Notes: generated from the letters alone by a model not told the origin. Numbered from the stretch's first letter, positions 18,708-27,014 are shown. The stretch: DNA of 64,000 bases from an uncultured Planctomycetales bacterium (GCA_964620805.1 CAZUJQ010000002.1:6253-70252), one strand, 5' to 3'. Made by a program: numbers and translations.

Positions 18708-19342
18708 AAAGTTTTCTCTTTCTTTTTATAGGCCAGGACATAATCTTTAATCATGGCAGCGGATTGTTCCATACGCGGTTTGCCGAAGCGCCTGGCGTAT
18801 TCCGATAATTTCCGCAGGTTGATTTTTTCGACATTTTGCAGGCGCAATTCCGCCAGATAATCCATCGAGACGTCCACATGCCTGAAATAGATCAGATCCA
18901 GAATGGATTTTTCCGGCTCCGCCATAAAAGCTGTTTGCTTTCTGACCTCCAGGGAATGATATCCCCAAAAAAGCGACTGCTGAATGTGCCGGTAATCAAA
19001 AATCCCCACCGGGGTATTAAAACGGCCCTGGCGTTTCGTGGTGACCGCCGTATAAACATTTACAGCCTCCGGAATCAGATTGTGAAATTCCAAGGCCTTC
19101 TCTAAGCTGATGTAGGAAGGCCTCTTCAGAAGGCTGGCGACAGCCGGCTCGAAGATTTCAATCCCTCGATAAGGTTCGGCAAGGATATAAATCCCCCGCT
19201 TTAACTGGATCAACTTGCCGGCCTTTTCCCAGCGGCTGATTTGAACCTTAATCGCATCCGGCTTGAGGGCCCCGGCTGAAAGAATCTGAGTATTGATAAC
19301 CGGCAGATGCTTCACCTGTGAGATGAGCTCAGCAAAGTCCAT
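18704..19342 (-). CDS. AbiEi-family antitoxin (type IV TA / abortive infection partner)
   Basis: 212-aa protein immediately upstream of and overlapping AbiEii; N-terminal wHTH-like region. Confidence 0.5.
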   Translation of the reverse strand: MDFAELISQVKHLPVINTQILSAGALKPDAIKVQISRWEKAGKLIQLKRGIYILAEPYRGIEIFEPAVASLLKRPSYISLEKALEFHNLIPEAVNVYTAVTTKRQGRFNTPVGIFDYRHIQQSLFWGYHSLEVRKQTAFMAEPEKSILDLIYFRHVDVSMDYLAELRLQNVEKINLRKLSEYARRFGKPRMEQSAAMIKDYVLAYKKKEKTL

Positions 19343-19411
19343 GGCGTTAATTTAACATATTTGTTAATTTAATGCAATAGTAATTCCGAGCTGCCCACTT
19401 CAAGCCCTCTC

Positions 19412-20305
19412 TCAAGTCCTCACACGCAAGAGCGATTTCCCCAGGTTCATCCATGCCCAAAATGAGAACGGCGCATGGGCGATGGCCTGGCGGTAATTCT
19501 TCTTAGCCCCTGCAAAATCATGGGTCAAAAGAAATTCATCCCCCAAATCCCGATAGATCTTGGCCAGGGCCTTTTGGCGTATCGCTTCTCGGGGCCCGTT
19601 TGCGGGGCAGAATTTGTCAACCACGTAAAGCCGGGCGCGAAGCATCTTTTCCTGATTGCGGCTCATGCTGGAGGCGCTGACCCGGTAGAGCGCCAGGACC
19701 TTGTCAATATAGCGGACTTTGTGCCTTTGAGAAATCCTCAGCCACAGCTCGCGGTCTTCACAACCCAGTCTCGCCAGATTCGGGTCAAACATTCCCACCT
19801 CTTCGCAGCATTTCTTTCTGAATAAAACAGTCGGGCAGGAGATGTGTGCCTTGCGCAGAAAGATGTTCTCAAAAATATATCCCGACAAATGCCGCGCCTG
19901 GCGCCGGGGCGTACTGAGTATTTCTCCTGTCTCGGAAATCCAGGTGATGTTGGCATGCGCGATGCCTGCCGAGGGATCGGCATCCAGGGCCTTCACCGTT
20001 TCTTCCAGGCGGGTCGGCAGCCAAACGTCATCGGCATCCAGTAGCGCCAGAAATTCTCCCCGCGCCTGCCGGATGCCGGTATTCCGCGCGCAGGCCAGCC
20101 CCTGGTTTTCTTGATGGATGTAGCGGATTCTGTCCGCAGGAGCGCTTCTATAACGTTCCACGATTTTTCGTGTATCATCGGTCGAACCATCGTCAATGAC
20201 GATGATTTCCCAATCGGTGTAGGTTTGTTTTAATACACTTTCGATGGCTTGCGCGATCGTGCGTTCACCGTTATAAACTGGCATTAAGATACTGACTTGG
20301 GGCAT
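19412..20305 (-). CDS. glycosyltransferase family 2
   Basis: 'VSILMPVYNGERTIAQAIESVLKQTYTDWEIIVIDDGSTDDT' GT-A N-terminus; DxD 'LDADD'. Confidence 0.7.
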   Translation of the reverse strand: MPQVSILMPVYNGERTIAQAIESVLKQTYTDWEIIVIDDGSTDDTRKIVERYRSAPADRIRYIHQENQGLACARNTGIRQARGEFLALLDADDVWLPTRLEETVKALDADPSAGIAHANITWISETGEILSTPRRQARHLSGYIFENIFLRKAHISCPTVLFRKKCCEEVGMFDPNLARLGCEDRELWLRISQRHKVRYIDKVLALYRVSASSMSRNQEKMLRARLYVVDKFCPANGPREAIRQKALAKIYRDLGDEFLLTHDFAGAKKNYRQAIAHAPFSFWAWMNLGKSLLRVRT

Positions 20306-20323
20306 TGGCGTTACTCGTAAGTA

Positions 20324-20624
20324 TCATTGCGACCCCGCCGTAGTTTGGCGGGGGAAGCAATCTTTTTACAATTTATCCCATAAATCTCCCCATGTAGAAA
20401 ACGCTGGTATAGGCTTCGTTCTTCTTCGCTCTCAGCCAAAGGCTGATCCGCCTCTGGCAGAAAATGTTCTTGCGTTTGCCCGCCCCGGCTATCGTGACTA
20501 GGCGGGCCAGGGAGCTTCGAAGGAACGATTCCTACGAAGCTCAAACATGAAAGTATTCGAGCGGAGAATAAAAGATTGCTTCGTCGCTTCGCTCCTCGCA
20601 ATGACACATTCCTCGCATGACACA
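20324..20624. repeat. family-B palindromic element core (TCATTGCGA...GAAGCAATCTTTT // AAAAGATTGCTTC...CTCGCAATGACA) split by a ~200-bp insertion that carries further repeat modules
   Basis: Left part 20324-20368 and right part 20568-20606 match the cores at 29731-29838 and 62458-62560. The insert contains 'AGAAAACGCTGGTATAGGCTTCG' (also at 24333) and 'CGAAGGAACGATTCCTACGAAGC'. Confidence 0.65.
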
Positions 20625-20636
20625 TGGAGAATAAGC

Positions 20637-21626
20637 TCAAGCGAGATTGTCTGTTGGGACATCCGCTTTTGTCCATCCCAATTTCCATAAGAGAAACTTG
20701 AGCACATAAAAAAACTGCGCCGCGTAAGGTTTCAGGAAACGGTACGGCAGGGAAAATCTTATTCTCTCTGCCTCTTGCGGCCAGAAGTGTACGCCGATCC
20801 AGGGGAGATTTAAAACCGCGAGAGCGTAACAACGCGCCGCCTTTAGGTACTCCCGTATCCGAGAATAGAACATCCCGAATCGGTAATAATTGACAGCCCG
20901 GAACTTCCTGTATTCCGTCCCCCTCAGACGGCTGCGGATGACCGGTTTATCCAGGATTGTCAAATGGTCTTTGAGGTGAAGGTCCAGGCCTTTGCTGAAG
21001 TTCCCGGGGTGCCTTCGAAACTTTGCCAAAGGGCGATTGGTGTACTCAAAACGGTATTTTGTAGCAATACGGATCCACAAATCGTGATCCTGGTTGGTCA
21101 GAAGACTTTCATCGAAATGGCCCATTTCCTCGGAGACTTTTCGGCGGATGACCACCGTCAAGTGCCACACGAAATTGTCGAAAAGGAGGCTCTTAAACGA
21201 TTGTTCCCGATACCTCCCATCGACCGAGGTTTTGTAAATCTCGCTGTTGGCGTCCATGAAATAGGTTCCCGCACAAACAAAGGCAACGTCAGGATTCTGG
21301 TCCAGAACCGCTACCTGCCGTTCCAGCATGTCGGGCATCAGGGCATCGTCATTGCCGAGGATCACGTAATATTCGCCCTTGGCGTGACGCACGCCGGTAT
21401 TCATCGCCCCCGGTGGCCCCAAATTCTCCTGGTAAATGTACCGAATCCTGTCGCCGTATTTTTTCAAGACCTCAGCGGTATGATCCGTTGAGCCGTCATC
21501 GACAACGATGATTTCATAGTCTAAGAAAGTCTGCGCCAGGACGCTGTCGATCGCCTCACAGATATAATGAGGCCGGTTATACGTTGGTATTATGACGCTG
21601 ACTTTGGGCATGGGGCGATCACTCAC
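20637..21626 (-). CDS. glycosyltransferase family 2 (likely ATG start at 21611)
   Basis: 'KVSVIIPTYNRPHYICEAIDSVLAQTFLDYEIIVVDDGSTDHT'. The listed ORF starts at GTG 5 codons upstream of the first ATG. Confidence 0.7.
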   Translation of the reverse strand: MSDRPMPKVSVIIPTYNRPHYICEAIDSVLAQTFLDYEIIVVDDGSTDHTAEVLKKYGDRIRYIYQENLGPPGAMNTGVRHAKGEYYVILGNDDALMPDMLERQVAVLDQNPDVAFVCAGTYFMDANSEIYKTSVDGRYREQSFKSLLFDNFVWHLTVVIRRKVSEEMGHFDESLLTNQDHDLWIRIATKYRFEYTNRPLAKFRRHPGNFSKGLDLHLKDHLTILDKPVIRSRLRGTEYRKFRAVNYYRFGMFYSRIREYLKAARCYALAVLNLPWIGVHFWPQEAERIRFSLPYRFLKPYAAQFFYVLKFLLWKLGWTKADVPTDNLA

Positions 21627-21637
21627 TTTGAATATAA

Positions 21638-21802
21638 GTTGCCGATGTTTCCAAGGTTTCCGAGGTTGCCAAGGTTACCCTATTCATCTGACATCCTTTA
21701 AGGTTGATTGAGGTTATCTATGAGGGAAACCTCACGTAACTTTAGGCAACCTCTAAGAGGCAACCTTGGTAACTTTGGCAACATAGGAAACATCGGCAAC
21801 CT
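21638..21802. repeat. family-A element copy A4
   Basis: gttgccgat-gtttccaag-gtttccgag-gttgccaag-gttaccct; core attcatctgacatcctttaaggttg; right arm ggcaacctt-ggtaacttt-ggcaacata-ggaaacatc-ggcaacctg. Confidence 0.8.
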
Positions 21803-21820
21803 GATTGTCGGCTTCTTTTA

Positions 21821-23098
21821 TTAGACGCCGCCCCCAAACGCCTTGATGGCCTCCTGATAAGCCTTAAGCGATTCTTCCACTAATTTTTGATAGGAATAGG
21901 CTGTCCGGACCTTCTTTAACCCGTTGGCAGCCAGTTTAAGGCGTAACGCCTCATCTTGCAAGAGACGCAGGATGGCCTTCGCCAGCATCATAGCGTCCCC
22001 GGGATTAACCAGCAGGCCGTCTTTTTCGTGATGAATCAATTCTTTTAAACCTCCAGCGGTGGAAGCGATGAGGGCGCACCCCGAGGCCATCGCCTCCAGG
22101 GCGCTTAAGGGCAAACCCTCATCGTAAGAAGGCATGATCAGGATGGAACTTTTTCTTAACCAAATTTTAAGCTGATCCGGTGGCAATGTCCCCAGATATT
22201 CAAAATTTTTTGCTCCTATGGCTTCCCGCAGCATTTGACTGTTTTTCTTTCCATCAGAGGAGAAGGCATCAGCGCCCGCGACCGCCAATTGGACGTCAGG
22301 GAATTCTTTAATGACCAGGGGCAGGGCTTGGGCCATCACATCAATGCCTTTTCTTGGAATCAATCGACCGGCAAACAGGATCTGGCAAGGATCTTTTTTT
22401 CCATTGGGAGAGAAAATTTGACTATCAACCGCGTTATAAATGGTCTTGATATTCCGATTAATCCTCCAGACCTGCTTTACGAAATCCGCCGTATCCCTAG
22501 AGACCGCCGCCAAGCCATCCGCCTTAAGCAGGGTGTCCCGCTGCATGGCCCAAGAGATTCGCTCCTTTAAGCTCAAGGTGGTTGAAATGGGGTCACACCC
22601 CATTTCCCTGCCTAACGTTTCCTGGGTTGGAAATGGGGTTGGAAATGGGGTGTGACCCCATTTCCTAGACCATCCGTGCAGGCGAAAAAAGACCGGAAGG
22701 CGATTGTGGCGCCGGGCGTAAATAAACCCTTGCCGGAAATAATCGAAAGTTTCCACGATATCCAGGGCATATTCCGCTTGGACGGACTCGATTTTCTTCG
22801 CCACGGCTTTCGAATACCGCAAATCATTCAAGGGAAGAAACCGCTCAATCTTCCAGACCCCCGGGAAGAGATCGTCATCAAAGGGGACGTGGTGAACAAA
22901 AATATTTTGTCCCAATCGGCCGCGGTTTAAATCCCCTTCGTCCTGGCAAAGGATATGGACGGAGTGCCCCGCCTCACTCAAGGCCCTGGCATAATGGGCC
23001 GTGAAGGTCTCGATCCCGCCGGAATCTTGGTGAAAATTTCGACACAAAAGACAGATGTTCATCGGACTCCCCATCTCTCTCTTACTCAAGGGATTCAA
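21821..23098 (-). CDS. glycosyltransferase family 4
   Basis: GT-B fold, 'ILIMPSYDEGLPLSALEAMASGCALIASTAGG'. Carries the in-frame hairpin element at 22584-22665 ('RKWGHTPFPTPFPTQETLGREMGCDPIS'). Confidence 0.7.
   Translation of the reverse strand: MNPLSKREMGSPMNICLLCRNFHQDSGGIETFTAHYARALSEAGHSVHILCQDEGDLNRGRLGQNIFVHHVPFDDDLFPGVWKIERFLPLNDLRYSKAVAKKIESVQAEYALDIVETFDYFRQGFIYARRHNRLPVFFRLHGWSRKWGHTPFPTPFPTQETLGREMGCDPISTTLSLKERISWAMQRDTLLKADGLAAVSRDTADFVKQVWRINRNIKTIYNAVDSQIFSPNGKKDPCQILFAGRLIPRKGIDVMAQALPLVIKEFPDVQLAVAGADAFSSDGKKNSQMLREAIGAKNFEYLGTLPPDQLKIWLRKSSILIMPSYDEGLPLSALEAMASGCALIASTAGGLKELIHHEKDGLLVNPGDAMMLAKAILRLLQDEALRLKLAANGLKKVRTAYSYQKLVEESLKAYQEAIKAFGGGV
22584..22665. repeat. second copy of the in-frame palindromic hairpin pair (loop cac ... 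loop gtg), here with a 33-nt spacer holding an extra half-arm
   Basis: 'gaaatggggtcacaccccatttcc...ggaaatggggtt ggaaatggggtgtgaccccatttcc'; translated in the same frame as the copy at 14905-14962. Confidence 0.75.
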
Positions 23099-24248
23099 TC
23101 AAACCGGGAAGACCCGTAAATGTGACCTGAGTCCCTGCGTATTTCCTAGAGAACGTTCTATCTACATCCTGGGCCACAACAAAAACTTTGGCTTCAGGAT
23201 ATTGATAAAGAAAGGCCTCTAAGTTGTGACCGTCAAATTGATTAGCTTTCCATTTACATTCTATGGCAATAGGGCTAATGACCTTTCCCTTATTAGGAAT
23301 CACAAAGTCTATCTCGTGGCCTCGCTTGTCACGCCAGTAATGAATCTGGCGCTTATAAAGCTTCGCTAGAATTTCATTAAGAACATAATGTTCCCACAAA
23401 ATCCCCAAGTCCTGTTCCCGTAATTCGTACCATCCGCGGTAATAACAGACAAATCCTGTATCAAATCCATACACCTTGGGAGCTGAAATAATCTCGGTGG
23501 GACGATGAGAACTAAAAGGATGAACAATGTGAGCTACAAATGTCATCTCCAGAACCTTAAGATAATTGGTAATCGTGGTCCGACTCACCTCACAGGGAGC
23601 CGTAAATCGTGTGGCTTCAAAAATGCTCCCGCTTTGGGCCATAATCAATTCGATAAATTTTTGAAAAGAATACTTTCGCTCCAACCGAAACAATTCTTGA
23701 ATGTCCTTAGCCCAGTAAGCATCCATCCATTCCTGAAAATCAGCTTCTGGAAACTCCTTGGATAAAAGAAACGGTGGTAACCCCCCTCTTAATAAGCGAA
23801 ACTTGAAATCCTTGATTTCGAAATCCATCAGATCTTCATTAATAGCTGGAGCCAACCATATTTCCTTCTTTCTTCCTGACAACGTGTCTTTAAATTTTGA
23901 AGACGCGCCCAGAGTCGAGGAACCTGTGGCCAGAATTTTGATTCCCGGATAATGATCGGCAGCGATCTTAAGAAGCTGGGCTGGATTCTCATGCCGGTGA
24001 ATCTCATCCAACACAATACGCTCCCCCTTATTCTTAAAACTTTCCAGGAATTCTTCCGGATCTTCCATGAGGCGGCGTACCCGAGGCAACTCGCAATCGA
24101 AATATTCAACGGTATCCAAACTTTTAGACAAATACGTCTTGCCTACACGTCGGACTCCGGAAAGCCAAATCACTGAGCGCGTTTGCCATGACTTTTCTAT
24201 CTCTTTGACCCAGTAGTTTCTTTTTACCATTTGTATATATAATATCAT
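23082..24248 (-). CDS. ATP-binding protein (AAA domain + DUF4143)
   Basis: Walker A 'GVRRVGKT', Walker B 'IVLDEIH'; C-terminal DUF4143-like region. Similar in architecture to 30075..31343. Confidence 0.6.
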   Translation of the reverse strand: MILYIQMVKRNYWVKEIEKSWQTRSVIWLSGVRRVGKTYLSKSLDTVEYFDCELPRVRRLMEDPEEFLESFKNKGERIVLDEIHRHENPAQLLKIAADHYPGIKILATGSSTLGASSKFKDTLSGRKKEIWLAPAINEDLMDFEIKDFKFRLLRGGLPPFLLSKEFPEADFQEWMDAYWAKDIQELFRLERKYSFQKFIELIMAQSGSIFEATRFTAPCEVSRTTITNYLKVLEMTFVAHIVHPFSSHRPTEIISAPKVYGFDTGFVCYYRGWYELREQDLGILWEHYVLNEILAKLYKRQIHYWRDKRGHEIDFVIPNKGKVISPIAIECKWKANQFDGHNLEAFLYQYPEAKVFVVAQDVDRTFSRKYAGTQVTFTGLPGLIESLE

Positions 24249-24439
24249 TTAGTAGCACTAAATGATATTATAAATTTTTGTCGTATTTCCCCAGGAAGTT
24301 TCCTATTTTCCTACGTCTTAGTAATAGAAAACGCTGGTATAGGCTTCGGAGAATTATTCCTACGAGAATATTCTACGAAGCATATACTATCGTTTCTATT
24401 GCTTATGCGAAGTAGAATAAAGAGGAACCAAGATAATAT

Positions 24440-24545
24440 CTATGGTGTGCCCGCTCAGAGCCAAGGCTTTAGCCATTTCACAGGTGAAGGTTTCAATCCC
24501 TCCCGAATCTTTATGAAAATTTCGGCATAAAAGGCAGATGTTCAT
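24440..24545 (-). pseudogene. remnant of a GT4 gene 5' end (resembles the N-terminal codons of the GT4 at 21821..23098)
   Basis: About 70% nucleotide similarity to 22940-23060, including the start context '...aaaggcagatgttcatgg'; no extended ORF. Confidence 0.45.
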
Positions 24546-24582
24546 GGGGCTCCTAGTATTTTCACTTTAGTTCCAATATAAA

Positions 24583-25150
24583 GTTTCCGATGTTTCCAAA
24601 GTTTCCGAGGTTTCCAATGTTACCTCATTGATTCGAGATGCTTTAAGGTTGCTTAACGTTGTTTCAGGTTAAATTTCATTCTTTCCGGGTGTTGTCCATT
24701 TACCTTTATTGGACGACTTGTTCATGGACTTAAGGTATTGATTACTCATGTAAAGAGCGCTTTTACATAGTTTGGTCAATTGATCGTGTTCTTGAGGATT
24801 GATTAGCTTATCTTCCAAGCAATCATCAATATCTCCGCTTAATTCTTCCAAGGATCCTTGGCTTATGCGTATGGCCTTCAGAAACTCGGCTAAACTTCCT
24901 CGGCTGTAGCCCTCCCTGATATTCTGCTTTGCTGAGCGCGTCGCGCTTCTCATCTCACTGACAAGTCTAATATGGCTTTTTTCAAATCGTGTTATGATAG
25001 CCGCAACTAACTTGCGAAGCTCGCATATGTCTTGATAAAATTTGAGCTTTTCGTATGGTCTTGCTGGCATCTGCAACCTCACATAACTTCTTTGCAACCT
25101 CCAAGAGGCAACCTCGGTAACTTCGGCAACATGGGCAACATCGGCAACCT
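24583..25150. repeat. family-A element copy A5 with the four-helix-bundle gene inserted between core and right arm
   Basis: Left arm 24583-24625 plus core ttgattcgagatgctttaaggttgcttaacg; right arm 25071-25150 begins immediately after the 4HB start codon. Confidence 0.75.
24669..25097 (-). CDS. four-helix-bundle protein (23S rRNA intervening-sequence protein family; probable start at 25070, MPARPY)
   Basis: 'SATRSAKQNIREGYSRGSLAEFLKAIRISQGSLEELSGDIDDCLE' matches the S23/IVS four-helix-bundle family. Sits entirely inside family-A repeat copy A5. Confidence 0.6.
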   Translation of the reverse strand: MQRSYVRLQMPARPYEKLKFYQDICELRKLVAAIITRFEKSHIRLVSEMRSATRSAKQNIREGYSRGSLAEFLKAIRISQGSLEELSGDIDDCLEDKLINPQEHDQLTKLCKSALYMSNQYLKSMNKSSNKGKWTTPGKNEI

Positions 25151-25204
25151 CCTTTTACAGGCTCCTCATATATTCATGAATATTTAAGGCATAGGGCTAA
25201 ATAA

Positions 25205-26506
25205 TCAATAACATGAACTGCCCTTGGGGTCAGGGTGAATATGTTTGAACGCTAGCGTTTCCCTCTCTTTGTGTTGGATTTTCCACTGAGTTTTAGGGCG
25301 AAAAACCACCTCCGTAAACTTTTCATTTAAATTCGCTTCCACCTGGAATATATCTTTTTTGCGGATAAGAAAAGGATGCATCAGGTCCTTATCCCAGATG
25401 CCAAAGCGGACGAGATAAATCCCCGGAGACAACGGGGAATCCAAAAGCTGGACATCCACACTTCCCCGCCCTTGGAGGGAGTCCGTGGTGATCCCCATCT
25501 CCCGCGTATGGGAGCCGCAGCAGATCACGCCGTCCCGGCGGACAATCTCGATCGAAAAAATGGGTGTCGGGATCGTTTCCTTCGCTAAGAATTCGACATG
25601 GATGAAGAGGGAATCGTCGAACTGAAAGCTATCGGTCGCCTTGCCATCTCCTTTATGGAGCAGAGAGTTTAGGATTTCAATCGGTTCCTGAGTCGCCACC
25701 TTGACCTTTTCCGATTTTGAAATCGTTCTTCTCAATTCTTCTTCATGCTCGTGCAAGACCAGATTCTCATAGCTGGGAATGATCTCATCCGCGGGGCCCT
25801 CTTTGAGGATTTCGCCTTTGTTGAGTAAAAAAACCCGTTGGCACAAACTCTGGATCAATTCCATGTTATGGGAAACCAAAAGGATCGTGGTTCCGGATTT
25901 AAGGAGTTCCCTCATTTTTTGAGCACACTTGGATTGGAAGGCCAAATCTCCAACGGCCAAGACTTCATCCACCAAGAGAACGTCGGGATGAATATGGGCG
26001 GCCACGGAAAACCCCAGGCGCGAATACATCCCCGAGGAGTATCGTTTGATGGGGGTATCGATAAATTCCCTGAGACCCGAGAATTCCACGATCTGCTCCA
26101 ATCTCTCATCAATCTCCCGGCGTTTCATCCCTAGGATGGTCCCATTGAGATAGATGTTCTCTCGTCCTGTCAATTCAGGATGAAATCCTGCCGTGACTTC
26201 AATCAGGGCGGAGAGCCGTCCTTGGATCTTCATCGTCCCTTGGGTAGGATGCATGATTCTGGACAAAAGCTTAAGGATGGTGCTTTTGCCGGCGCCATTG
26301 GGGCCGATAAAGCCCACCACATCGCCCGGCTTCATGGTAAAGCTCACATCCTTAAGGGCCCAGAACTCCTTCTCCTTAAGGGTCCCGTTGGTTATTCCTT
26401 TTTTGCTCAGCGTTCGGATGAGATTGGGGATGCTGTCTCTTAAGGAATTGAATTTTTCTCCTCTTTGAAACTTCTTCCAGATATGGTGGAATTCGATGGG
26501 ATTCAT
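25205..26506 (-). CDS. wzt: polysaccharide ABC exporter ATP-binding protein (Wzt/TagH-like) with C-terminal carbohydrate-binding domain
   Basis: Walker A 'GPNGAGKST', signature 'YSSGMYSRLGF', Walker B 'LLVDEVLAVGD'; ~180-aa C-terminal extension as in Wzt. Confidence 0.7.
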   Translation of the reverse strand: MNPIEFHHIWKKFQRGEKFNSLRDSIPNLIRTLSKKGITNGTLKEKEFWALKDVSFTMKPGDVVGFIGPNGAGKSTILKLLSRIMHPTQGTMKIQGRLSALIEVTAGFHPELTGRENIYLNGTILGMKRREIDERLEQIVEFSGLREFIDTPIKRYSSGMYSRLGFSVAAHIHPDVLLVDEVLAVGDLAFQSKCAQKMRELLKSGTTILLVSHNMELIQSLCQRVFLLNKGEILKEGPADEIIPSYENLVLHEHEEELRRTISKSEKVKVATQEPIEILNSLLHKGDGKATDSFQFDDSLFIHVEFLAKETIPTPIFSIEIVRRDGVICCGSHTREMGITTDSLQGRGSVDVQLLDSPLSPGIYLVRFGIWDKDLMHPFLIRKKDIFQVEANLNEKFTEVVFRPKTQWKIQHKERETLAFKHIHPDPKGSSCY

Positions 26507-26632
26507 GGATTGGTTTCCTTTAAAAATTTAAAGCCTGGAAAGCATAGACAACTTTTTATTATATTTGACAATGTCCTGCCCTCTGTTTTATACTTTTTTC
26601 GTTGGGAATGACTCTCTTTTTTATTATTAACC

Positions 26633-26778
26633 GAACTTGAGTTTGGCAAATTTTCGAATTTGTCGTCGGAAAAGTCTCTCGGATCGCAAAAACAGGTTTT
26701 CGATACCACAAAATTGCTTTCTCGACGAGAACTACCTGAAAATACGGCCCAAAAGCCCGAAAAAGTGCCAAACTCAAG
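26633..26778. mobile_element. MITE-like element copy 1 (146 bp, terminal inverted repeats GAACTTGAGTTTGGCA / TGCCAAACTCAAG), possible 5-bp target duplication AACCG
   Basis: 146/146 identity with 59589-59734 as far as I can align by eye; flanks '...attAACCG|aacttgag...ctcaag|AACCGaat'. Confidence 0.7.
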
Positions 26779-26801
26779 AACCGAATAAACAAGGAAGCGC
26801 C

Positions 26802-27014
26802 ATGACTGTTAAAAACATCGAACGGAATATTCTTAAGCTAAACCCCCTTGAACGCATCCGCCTTATCGAAAGCCTCATATCGAGTCTGAACAAACCTGAC
26901 CCTGCCATTGAACGCGCTTGGGCCACGGAATCCGACAAACGTCTTATGGCATATAAAAAAGGATCTGTCAAAGGCATCGCTTGGGAAATTGTCAGAAAAC
27001 GCTTTGTCAAATGA
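26802..27014 (+). CDS. addiction-module antitoxin (TIGR02574-like)
   Basis: 'MTVKNIERNILKLNPLERIRLIESLISSL...'; stop overlaps the start of the RelE/ParE gene. The listed ORF start at 26637 is a repeat-encoded extension. Confidence 0.5.
   Translation: MTVKNIERNILKLNPLERIRLIESLISSLNKPDPAIERAWATESDKRLMAYKKGSVKGIAWEIVRKRFVK

Noticed and set aside
20311-20832. 173-aa minus-strand ORF between two GT2 genes
   Set aside because: It spans the family-B repeat core and its insertion, has no domain-like sequence, and overlaps the downstream GT2.
21760-21802. Sigma-54 promoter (-24 TGGCAC / -12 TTGC) within the GGCAAC arms, given rpoN in the window
   Set aside because: TGGCAAC resembles the -24 box, but no GC dinucleotide sits at the required -12 spacing in either strand of the arms. 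The resemblance is probably coincidental.
24669-25097. Four-helix-bundle gene as a DGR accessory variability determinant (Avd)
   Set aside because: No reverse transcriptase and no template/variable repeat pair with adenine-specific mismatches is visible anywhere in the window.
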